Assembly (NCBI RefSeq): GCF_017876815.1
Contig: NZ_JAGIOS010000001.1
Span: 2,190,001 to 2,222,000, forward strand
DNA: 32,000 bases
Reading direction: 5' to 3'
Source of the DNA: Sinorhizobium meliloti
Lineage (GTDB): Bacteria; Pseudomonadota; Alphaproteobacteria; Rhizobiales; Rhizobiaceae
The notes beneath the pieces were generated by a model. It had not been told where the DNA came from and made no database searches. It saw only the letters and a program-made list of their open reading frames with translations. A program made the position numbers and the translations under genes. The number at the start of each line of letters is the position of its first letter. Position 1 is the first letter of the stretch. Below, piece by piece: positions 24,678 through 31,792 of the stretch.

Positions 24678-24720
24678 TTGACACTCGCAATGCATTCTGA
24701 TTACGATGTACGTACAACAT
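24678..24720 (+). promoter_or_regulatory. Candidate promoter of the SDR/ABC operon with an operator related to the tkt palindrome
   Basis: TTGACA (24678-24683) - N17/18 - TTACGA/TACGAT. ACGATGTACGTACAACAT (24703-24720) matches the 20331-20348 palindrome at 14 of 18 positions. Its core TGTACGTACA (24707-24716) is a perfect 10-bp palindrome aligned with TGTAATTACA. Confidence 0.5.
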
Positions 24721-24777
24721 TACAAAAAGACTTTCTGATATAACAGACTGGGCTGGGACATCAAATCCGGGAGTAGC

Positions 24778-24790
24778 GGGGGGGGGGGGG
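24778..24790 (+). repeat. G13 homopolymer tract in the intergenic region/leader
   Basis: Thirteen consecutive G (24778-24790), with GGG at 24769-24771 six nt upstream. It lies between the candidate promoter (about 24680-24707) and the SDR start (24896/24917). Confidence 0.9.
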
Positions 24791-24916
24791 CCGCAATCGG
24801 CTCCCGGACAGCAAAATCGAAGACCGACGGTTCGCAGCCGAGGGCCGCGCAGTTGCGCGGCCTCCCGGACGCGCGCCCGGAGGTCGGGCTACGGCATGCA
24901 TAGAGGGAGGATAGGG

Positions 24917-25687
24917 GTGTATCTCGAACGCTTCAGGCTCGATGGCGAACTTGCGGTCGTCACCGGAGGAGGACGCGGCATAGGGCTCGCAAGCGCCGAT
25001 GCGCTCGGCGAGGCAGGCGCGCGCCTTGCCATCATCGAACGTGATCCGGCGCTCCTTGAAGAGGCCCATGCGATCCTTCAGGCGAAGGGCTACGACGTCT
25101 CCGTGCACGAGGGCGACGTTACCGATCCCGCCCGGATGCAGGCAATCGCGGACGAACTAACCGTGAAAGGCGGCGCTTCCATCCTCGTCAACAATGCGGG
25201 CATCGCGCTCAGTGACATCCCGGCCGAGGACATGGAGGACGAACGCTGGCTCAAAGTCATCGACGTCAACTTGAACGGCGTCTACTGGTGCAGCCGCGCC
25301 TTCGGCCGGCACATGCTTTCGGCCGGTCGCGGATCGATCGTCAATGTCGGCTCCATGTCCGGCTTCATCGTCAACCGGCCCCAGCCGCAGGCGCATTACA
25401 ACGCCTCGAAGGCCGCCGTACACCACCTGACCAAGTCGCTCGCCGCCGAATGGGCGCCGCGTGGCGTGCGGGTCAACGCGGTCGCGCCCACCTACATCGA
25501 AACGCCGCTCAACGCGCTCGTCGAGAACGACAGGCCCATGCTCGACCGCTGGCTCGATTCCACGCCCATGGCGCGCATGGGCAAGGACCACGAGGTCGCA
25601 AGCGTGATCCTCTTCCTGTCCTCCCGGGCGGCCAGCCTGATGACCGGATCGATCGTGCTTGCGGATGGAGGATACACGCTCTGGTGA
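24917..25687 (+). CDS. SDR-family oxidoreductase (short-chain dehydrogenase)
   Basis: VVTGGGRGIGLA (TGxxxGxG), NNAG, YNASKAAV (YxxxK). The start is uncertain. GTG 24917 follows AGGGAGGA by 6 nt and is preferred. The ORF-track ATG at 24896 lacks an SD. Confidence 0.88.
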   Translation: MYLERFRLDGELAVVTGGGRGIGLASADALGEAGARLAIIERDPALLEEAHAILQAKGYDVSVHEGDVTDPARMQAIADELTVKGGASILVNNAGIALSDIPAEDMEDERWLKVIDVNLNGVYWCSRAFGRHMLSAGRGSIVNVGSMSGFIVNRPQPQAHYNASKAAVHHLTKSLAAEWAPRGVRVNAVAPTYIETPLNALVENDRPMLDRWLDSTPMARMGKDHEVASVILFLSSRAASLMTGSIVLADGGYTLW

Positions 25688-25744
25688 CCGCATCCATGCC
25701 GGATGCCGGAACGAACGAACAGCAATCAATAAGGAGGAGTTACA

Positions 25745-26710
25745 ATGTCCAGCATCAAGACGCTTCTGGCAGGGTCCGTGGCCTTGTTCTGCCTGACCTC
25801 TGCTGCCATGGCCGAGGAGTGCAAGGTGGGCCTCACCATGCCCTCGCTCAATGCGCCCTATTTCGCGGCGCAGGTCGCTGCGGTTGAAAAGGCGGCCAAG
25901 GACCAGGGTTGCGAGATCACGACGGCGGACAGTCAGAATGACTTTTCCAAGCAGATCAACGACGTCGAGGATATGATCGCCAAAGGAATCGACATTCTGA
26001 TCCTCAACCCGCGTGACCAGGAGGCGCTCGTTCCGGCCGCCGACGCCGCTACCAAGGCCGGCGTGAAGGTCGTCGTGATGGATTCCACGCTGAATCCCAA
26101 GGCCAACGTCGTCACCCAGGTCCGCTCCTCGAATGAGGAGAACGGCCGTCTCGTCGGCGACTGGATCGCCAAGAAGATGAAGGGCACGCCGATCAAGATG
26201 CTCCTCCTGTCCGGCAATCAGGGCAATCCCGGCGGCCTCGATCGCCGCATGGGCGTCATCAAGGGCATCGTGGAAGGCCAGCTCGTCAATGAAGGTGCGG
26301 TCAACCTCCAGATTCTGGGCCAGGGCTGGGGCGACTGGGCGACGGACGGCGGGCTGAAGGCTGCGGAAGACCTGTTCCAGGCCCATCCGGACGCCAACCT
26401 CGTCGTCGGCGAAAACGACTCCATGGTCCTCGGCGCGGTTCAGGCCGCGAAGGCTGCCGGTCTCGATGGCATCCTGTTTGCAGCGGCGGCGGACGGACAG
26501 CGCGAGGCGCTGGAGATGGTCAAGGAAGGGACCTACGGCGCCACCGGCCTGAACGATCCGGACCTCGTCGGACGCACCGCCTTCGATATCGCTTACAAGG
26601 CCTTCAAGGGCGAGCTTCCGGCCGACTTCCCGAAGCTGCACCTGACGCCGGCCGACGTCATCTCCGCTGACAACGTCGACAAATACTACAACCCGCAGTC
26701 CGTATTCTGA
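25745..26710 (+). CDS. Sugar ABC transporter periplasmic binding protein (RbsB-like, Peripla_BP_1/4)
   Basis: Signal peptide MSSIKTLLAGSVALFCLTSAAMA. KVGLTMPSLNAPYFAAQVAAVEKAAKDQG...GIDILILNP is typical of monosaccharide/polyol SBPs. AGGAGGAG SD. Confidence 0.88.
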   Translation: MSSIKTLLAGSVALFCLTSAAMAEECKVGLTMPSLNAPYFAAQVAAVEKAAKDQGCEITTADSQNDFSKQINDVEDMIAKGIDILILNPRDQEALVPAADAATKAGVKVVVMDSTLNPKANVVTQVRSSNEENGRLVGDWIAKKMKGTPIKMLLLSGNQGNPGGLDRRMGVIKGIVEGQLVNEGAVNLQILGQGWGDWATDGGLKAAEDLFQAHPDANLVVGENDSMVLGAVQAAKAAGLDGILFAAAADGQREALEMVKEGTYGATGLNDPDLVGRTAFDIAYKAFKGELPADFPKLHLTPADVISADNVDKYYNPQSVF

Positions 26711-26722
26711 TCGACGAAGAAA

Positions 26723-26748
26723 GGATGCACCGGGTCTCCGGTGCATCC
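26723..26748 (+). other. Perfect 11-bp intercistronic stem-loop after the SBP gene
   Basis: GGATGCACCGG-GTCT-CCGGTGCATCC lies 12 nt after the SBP stop and 11 nt before the ATPase ATG. No U-run follows. Confidence 0.6.
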
Positions 26749-26759
26749 CTGGAGAGCCA

Positions 26760-28265
26760 ATGACCGTACTTGTCAGTCTGTCCGGCATCAGCAAGAACTT
26801 TAGCGGAGTACAGGCCCTGAAGGGCGTCGACTTCGACCTGAGGGCCGGCGAAGTCCATGCGCTGGTCGGTGAGAACGGCGCGGGAAAATCCACACTGATG
26901 CGCGTGCTTGCCGGCGAAATGAAGCCGACCTCCGGGACCGTCAGCATTCACGGCGAGACGATGCAGCACTCCGGCCCGCGGGGCGCCGCCGGCCGGGGTA
27001 TTTCGGTTATCCATCAGGAACTGGCGCTGGCGCCCGACCTGACCGTCGCGGAGAACATCTTTCTCGGGCGCCTGCCGCGCATCGTCAATCACCGCCGGCT
27101 GCGCAAGGCAGCCAGCGAAATCCTCGAACGTCTCGGCTTCGACATCGACCCCGCCATCCACGCCGGACGCCTGACAGTCGCCCACCAGCAGGTCGTGGAG
27201 ATCGCCAAGGCACTCTCCAACCGGGCGCGCATCATCGTCTTCGACGAGCCGACCGCGGTGCTTGCCAACACCGATGCCGAGCGCCTGCTCGCGATCATCC
27301 GCGAGTTGCGCGCGGGCGGTACCGGCGCCGTCTACATCTCCCACCGTCTGAACGAGGTCTTCGACCTTTCAGACCGCATCACCGTCATGAAGGACGGCTC
27401 GCATGTGGAAACGCTGGAGACCTCCGCAACGGATGTCGACGCGGTGATCGCACGCATGGTCGGGCGGCAGATGTCCGCGCTTTTTCCATCCAAGGCCGGG
27501 CGTGTGCCGGGCGAGGTGGTCGTCCGCGTGCGCAACGTTTCGCGCGGCCGCAAGGTCCGCGACGTCAGTTTCTCGGTCCGTGCCGGCGAGGTCGTCGGCC
27601 TCGGGGGTCTCGTCGGTTCCGGCCGTACCGAAGTCGCCCGCCTCGTCTTCGGCGCCGACAAGATGGATTCGGGCACTGTGGAACTCAACGGCAAACCGCT
27701 CCATCTCTCCTCACCGCGCGAGGCCGTGCGCGCCCGCATCGGCCTCGTTCCGGAAGACCGCAAGCAGCAGGGCGTCATCCTCGATGCGCCGATCCGGATC
27801 AACACGACGCTTGCCAAGATCCGCAGCATATCCCGTCTCGGCTTCCTCGACGCGGGCAAGGAGCGGCAGGTCGCCGTGGCGCTTGGCGCCGAGATGCGCC
27901 TCAAGGCGTCGAGCGTCGACGCGCCGGTTTCGAGTCTTTCCGGCGGCAACCAGCAGAAAGTGGCGCTTGCCAAATGGTTTCACGCCGATTGCGACCTGCT
28001 CATACTCGACGAACCGACGCGCGGCGTCGACGTCGGAGCGAAAGGCGAAATCTACAATCTGATCAATGACCTCGCCAAAGCGGGGAAAGCAATCCTCGTT
28101 ATTTCGTCCGAGCATCAGGAACTGTTCGGCATCTGCGACCGCGTTCTCGTGATGGCGGAAGGGGCTATCGTCGGCGAACTCACCGAAAGCAAGTTCACCG
28201 AGCAGCAATTGCTGACGCTGGCAATGACCCGGTCGGCCAGGGAAAGGGATGAGACAAGCCAATGA
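26760..28265 (+). CDS. Sugar ABC transporter ATP-binding protein, duplicated NBD (RbsA/MglA-like)
   Basis: 501 aa with two nucleotide-binding domains: GENGAGKST / IVFDEPTAVL and GLVGSGRTE / LSGGNQQKV / LILDEPTRGVD. Confidence 0.92.
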   Translation: MTVLVSLSGISKNFSGVQALKGVDFDLRAGEVHALVGENGAGKSTLMRVLAGEMKPTSGTVSIHGETMQHSGPRGAAGRGISVIHQELALAPDLTVAENIFLGRLPRIVNHRRLRKAASEILERLGFDIDPAIHAGRLTVAHQQVVEIAKALSNRARIIVFDEPTAVLANTDAERLLAIIRELRAGGTGAVYISHRLNEVFDLSDRITVMKDGSHVETLETSATDVDAVIARMVGRQMSALFPSKAGRVPGEVVVRVRNVSRGRKVRDVSFSVRAGEVVGLGGLVGSGRTEVARLVFGADKMDSGTVELNGKPLHLSSPREAVRARIGLVPEDRKQQGVILDAPIRINTTLAKIRSISRLGFLDAGKERQVAVALGAEMRLKASSVDAPVSSLSGGNQQKVALAKWFHADCDLLILDEPTRGVDVGAKGEIYNLINDLAKAGKAILVISSEHQELFGICDRVLVMAEGAIVGELTESKFTEQQLLTLAMTRSARERDETSQ

Positions 28266-29254
28266 GCATTACGTCAGCAAGCGCCGCCGCGGCCTCGTCG
28301 TTTACGCCGCGCGTTCTAAACGCGATCCGCCACTACGGCACGTTCGGCATCTTCCTGGTGCTGGTGATCGTCGCGTCCTTCTGGTCCGATGCGTTCCTGA
28401 CGGAGCGCAACCTGATGAACGTCGTGCGCCAGGTCGCCTCCGGCGCCGGCATCATGGCCATCGGCATGCTCTTCGTCGTGCTCACGCGGGGCATCGACCT
28501 CTCGGTCGGCTCCATCGCCGCCGTCGGATCCGTGCTCTGCGCCCACCTTGTCGCGGCACAGGGCTACGGCGTGCCGATGGCGATCCTGCTGGTCATTCTG
28601 ACCGGCGCCGCCTGCGGCGTGGTCACCGGCTTCTTCGTCGCCTACATGCGTTTGCCGTCCTTTGTCATCTCGCTGGCGATGATGGCGATCGCCCGCGGAA
28701 TCTCGCTGATCATCAGTGCTGGCCGCCCAATCACCATGGGATCGCCCGGCGCGTCGCTCGTCGATTTCGGCAGCGGCTTTCTCTTCGGCATTCCACAGCC
28801 AGCGATCCTGATGCTGGTCATCTATGCAATCGGGGGCGTGGTGCTGCTCTATACGAGCTTCGGCCGCATCGTCACCGCGATCGGCTCGAACGAGGAGGCC
28901 GTGCGGCTCTCCGGCGTGCCGGTCGAGCGCTATGTCTTGTCGGTCTATGTCATCAGCGGCGCGCTCGCCGCCGTCGCGGGTATCGTCGCCGCGGGACGGA
29001 CGGGCATCGGCACGCCTCAGGTCGGTGTCGGTGCGGAGCTCGATGTCATCGCGGCGGTCGTGATTGGCGGGGCCAGCCTCATGGGCGGGCGCGGCGGCAT
29101 GTTCAACACGCTGCTCGGCGCGCTGATCCTCGGCATCATCACCAACATCATGAACCTCGCCGGCGTGCCGGGTTATCACCAGAACGTCTATCTCGGACTG
29201 ATCATCATCCTGGCAATGCTCATACAGTTCGTCACCGCCCGGTCGCGCCGTTAG
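28262..29254 (+). CDS. Sugar ABC transporter permease (RbsC-like, BPD_transp_2)
   Basis: 330 aa, hydrophobic, with the GIDLSVGSIAAV motif. The start overlaps the ATPase stop (ATGA at 28262-28265). Confidence 0.9.
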   Translation: MSITSASAAAASSFTPRVLNAIRHYGTFGIFLVLVIVASFWSDAFLTERNLMNVVRQVASGAGIMAIGMLFVVLTRGIDLSVGSIAAVGSVLCAHLVAAQGYGVPMAILLVILTGAACGVVTGFFVAYMRLPSFVISLAMMAIARGISLIISAGRPITMGSPGASLVDFGSGFLFGIPQPAILMLVIYAIGGVVLLYTSFGRIVTAIGSNEEAVRLSGVPVERYVLSVYVISGALAAVAGIVAAGRTGIGTPQVGVGAELDVIAAVVIGGASLMGGRGGMFNTLLGALILGIITNIMNLAGVPGYHQNVYLGLIIILAMLIQFVTARSRR

Positions 29255-29319
29255 GTCCCCCAAGGGGCGAGGGGACGTGCCCCGCGCAACGCTGGTGATC
29301 ATGGTGGCGGAGGAGCCCA

Positions 29320-29378
29320 GGGGCCTTCGCCCCGCTTGCGGGGAGAAGGTGGCCGACAGGCCGGATGAGGGGCAAATT
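29320..29378. repeat. GC-rich palindromic intergenic repeat (Rhizobiales 'GEK..DEG'-type element)
   Basis: CCTTCGCCCCGC-TT-GCGGGGAGAAGG forms a 12-bp stem with one mismatch (29324-29349), followed by GGCCGACAGGCC and GGATGAGGGGCAAA. I recall this sequence type as a dispersed intergenic repeat in Rhizobium, Sinorhizobium and Agrobacterium genomes, often mis-called as small ORFs. Confidence 0.45.
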
Positions 29379-29392
29379 AGTGAGAGCGGGAT

Positions 29393-29470
29393 GAGGAAAA
29401 GTGTACGCGGTTCTCCGGCCGATTCCGCTCTCATGATGTTAGGTCGATCCGACCTGAAATCACCGTGATC
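29393..29470. repeat. Second intergenic repeat, GGAAAAGTG...TTCTCCG family (forward orientation)
   Basis: GGAAAAGTGTACGCGGTTCTCCGGCCGATTCCGCTCTCATGATG... shares its opening motif with the reverse-oriented element at 18743-18836. Confidence 0.4.
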
Positions 29471-29473
29471 TGA

Positions 29474-30232
29474 CTAAAAGCCGCCGACCACGAAGCCGCC
29501 ATCGACTGGCAAGTCCGCGCCGGTGATGAATTTCGCGGCAGGCGAGGCGAGGAAGAGGGCGGTTCCGACCAGGTCGTCCACGGTGCCCCAGCGCTTGAGC
29601 GCCGAACGCTGGGCGATCTTCTCCGCCGGTACCGGGTCGGTCCAAAGACCCTTCGTCATGTCGGTCTTGTGGTAGCCGGGCGAGATGGCGTTGACGCGGA
29701 TGCCGTCCGGGCCGAAGGCGTGAGCGAGATGGCGCGTGAGGCCGAGCACGCCCGACTTGCTGGCGCCATAGGCCGGCACGAGCGGATCGCTGACATAGCT
29801 CAGCATCGAGGCCGTGTTGAGAATGACACCGCGCGAGGCCTTCAGGAGCGGCAGGACGGCCATGGCGAAGCGCATCTGGCTATTCAGGTTGACGTCCATC
29901 ACCTCCATGTAGGTGGCGTCCTCGAATTCCGCCTCGGGCCGGGCAATGCCTGCGCCGTTGACCAGAACGTCGAGCTTGCGCAGCGTCCTGGCGAAGGCGT
30001 TGATCGCTTCCGGGTCGCGCACGTCGACCCGCTCGAAGCGGATTGCCGTGTTTTCGGGGTCGGCCGCGGCAGCCTTGAGCTTTGTTTCCGAACTGCCGAG
30101 CGCGATGACCGATCCGCCGAGCCGGGCAAAGCCCTGTGCGATGGCAAGGCCGATGCCGGACGAACCGCCGGTGACGAGAATGTCCTTGCCGGCAAAAAGG
30201 TCCGGACGAAACGTATCGATGATGTCTTTCAT
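29474..30232 (-). CDS. SDR-family oxidoreductase (short-chain dehydrogenase)
   Basis: LVTGGSSGIGLAIA, NGAG, YGASKSGV. I prefer the start at ATG 30232-30230 (MKDIIDTF), preceded by GAGGAGGA. The ORF-track ATG at 30250 has no SD. Confidence 0.88.
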   Translation of the reverse strand: MKDIIDTFRPDLFAGKDILVTGGSSGIGLAIAQGFARLGGSVIALGSSETKLKAAAADPENTAIRFERVDVRDPEAINAFARTLRKLDVLVNGAGIARPEAEFEDATYMEVMDVNLNSQMRFAMAVLPLLKASRGVILNTASMLSYVSDPLVPAYGASKSGVLGLTRHLAHAFGPDGIRVNAISPGYHKTDMTKGLWTDPVPAEKIAQRSALKRWGTVDDLVGTALFLASPAAKFITGADLPVDGGFVVGGF

Positions 30233-30262
30233 GAATTCCTCCTCAGGCATGATAGTCGTTGT

Positions 30263-31792
30263 TCAGGTCCGCGTGCCGGGCGGGTGGATCCGGGCGGCAA
30301 GCGCATCCATGTCGTCATAAAGCGCCATGCTGTGATGATAGAGCCGGTCGAAAACCGGCTGGACATGGCTGTAGACCTCGACCCATGCGGGGTCCGGCGC
30401 GATTTCGTCCGCATAGCGCACATAGGCGTCCGCCGCGTCGTCCGGCCGGGAAAAGCGGCCCGTCGCGGTCGCGGCCATGGCCGCGCAGCCCATGAGGCCG
30501 CATTCGGGTTCTTGCGGCACCAGCACCGGTGTGTCGAAGACGCTTGCCTTGATCTTGAGCCATAGCTTCGTGCGGGCACCGCCGCCGGCCGCTATCATGC
30601 GCTCCAGGCGCTTGCCCGAGCTATGCTCCATGATACGGATATGACGGGCCATGGCGAAGGCGATCCCTTCCAGAATGGCCCGGTGCAGGTGCTCCATGCC
30701 GTGCCCGGCGCCGAGGCCGAAGAACTGTGCCCGCGCATTGCGATGCTGACCGAGGCGCTCGCCGGTGAGAAACGGCATGAACAGCAGTGCCTCGCAGCCG
30801 GCCGGCGCCTTTTCGGCTCGCGCGACGATGTCGCCATAGCTCAGCGCGCCGTCATGGAAGGCGCGCCGCGCCCAGCGCATGCCGTCGCCGCCGGTTTCGA
30901 GAAGCACGAAGGGAGCCCAATTGCCTTCGATGGTGGCGACGTTGGAAATCTCCGGATCCAGCAGGGGCTTGTCGGCGATCATCGTGACGATGGCACCGGT
31001 GCCCGTGCTGTCCGATCCGAGGCCGGGCCGGCAGACGCCCGAGCCGAGCAGCGCCATCGGATAGTCCGCTCCGCCCACCATGACGGGCGTGCCGGCGGTC
31101 AGTCCTGTCGCGAGAGCGGCCTGGTCCGTGACGCGGCCGATGATCTCCAGGGGATTGCGGATGGGCGGTAGCAGCCGGGCATCAAGCCCCATTCGCTCGA
31201 TCATCGCCGGCGACCAGGCGAGCGTTGCAGGGTTCATCAGGAAGCTGCAGGAGGCGTCGCCGGTATCCATGGCGATCTCGCCGGTCAGCCGGAAGTTGAT
31301 GTAGTCCTTCGGCATGATGGCGACGGCGCTGCGCCGATAAGCCCCGGGGTCGGCATCGCGCACCCATTGCAGCTTGAAGCCCGGCCAGGCCGGGGTCGGC
31401 GTGTTGCCGCTTTCGGCGAGATAGCTGTCGGGCTCGTTCTCCGCCTCGAAACGGCGCACGAGGTTCAGCGTGCGTTTGTCGTTCCAGAGCGGTGCGGTAT
31501 CGCGCGTCAATTGCCCGGCATCGTCGATGAGCACGAGACCGTGCATCTGGCCGCATACAGCGATGATGGAAATGCGCTCGCGTGCGCCTTCCGCCTTGTC
31601 GAGCACGGTTCGAACGGCGGTGCAGGCCCCCTCCCACCAGTCGAGCGGTCGCTGCTCTGCCCAGCCGAACTGCGGCACGATCTGGTCGTGCTCGCGCGCG
31701 GCGATTTCGACGATCTTCCCGCGGGTGTCGATGAGCGCCGCCCGCACGCTCCCGGTACCGACGTCGATCGCGAGAAAGAGTTCTCCGGTCAT
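30263..31792 (-). CDS. FGGY-family carbohydrate kinase
   Basis: Start at ATG 31792-31790 (MTGELFLAIDVGTGSVRAALID), preceded by GAGGGAGG. CGQMHGLVLID and GGGARTKLWLKIKASVF...GCAAMAATATG are FGGY N- and C-domain motifs. The ORF-track extension to 31960 was rejected. Confidence 0.9.
   Translation of the reverse strand: MTGELFLAIDVGTGSVRAALIDTRGKIVEIAAREHDQIVPQFGWAEQRPLDWWEGACTAVRTVLDKAEGARERISIIAVCGQMHGLVLIDDAGQLTRDTAPLWNDKRTLNLVRRFEAENEPDSYLAESGNTPTPAWPGFKLQWVRDADPGAYRRSAVAIMPKDYINFRLTGEIAMDTGDASCSFLMNPATLAWSPAMIERMGLDARLLPPIRNPLEIIGRVTDQAALATGLTAGTPVMVGGADYPMALLGSGVCRPGLGSDSTGTGAIVTMIADKPLLDPEISNVATIEGNWAPFVLLETGGDGMRWARRAFHDGALSYGDIVARAEKAPAGCEALLFMPFLTGERLGQHRNARAQFFGLGAGHGMEHLHRAILEGIAFAMARHIRIMEHSSGKRLERMIAAGGGARTKLWLKIKASVFDTPVLVPQEPECGLMGCAAMAATATGRFSRPDDAADAYVRYADEIAPDPAWVEVYSHVQPVFDRLYHHSMALYDDMDALAARIHPPGTRT

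Noticed and set aside
24761-25108. 115-aa minus-strand ORF spanning the homopolymer (encoding a poly-Pro run)
   Set aside because: It is an artefact of reading C13 in frame. It overlaps the SDR gene start on the opposite strand and has no SD.
25157-29434. 596-aa (25157-26947) and 372-aa (28316-29434) minus-strand ORFs, and the 349-aa plus-strand ORF at 28249-29298
   Set aside because: These are shadow or alternate-frame ORFs over the SDR, SBP, ATPase and permease genes, with no domain signatures.
29277-29468. 63-aa plus-strand ORF in the permease/SDR gap
   Set aside because: It is composed entirely of the intergenic repeat elements. The GEKVADRPDEGQ-type translation is the classic mis-call of this repeat.
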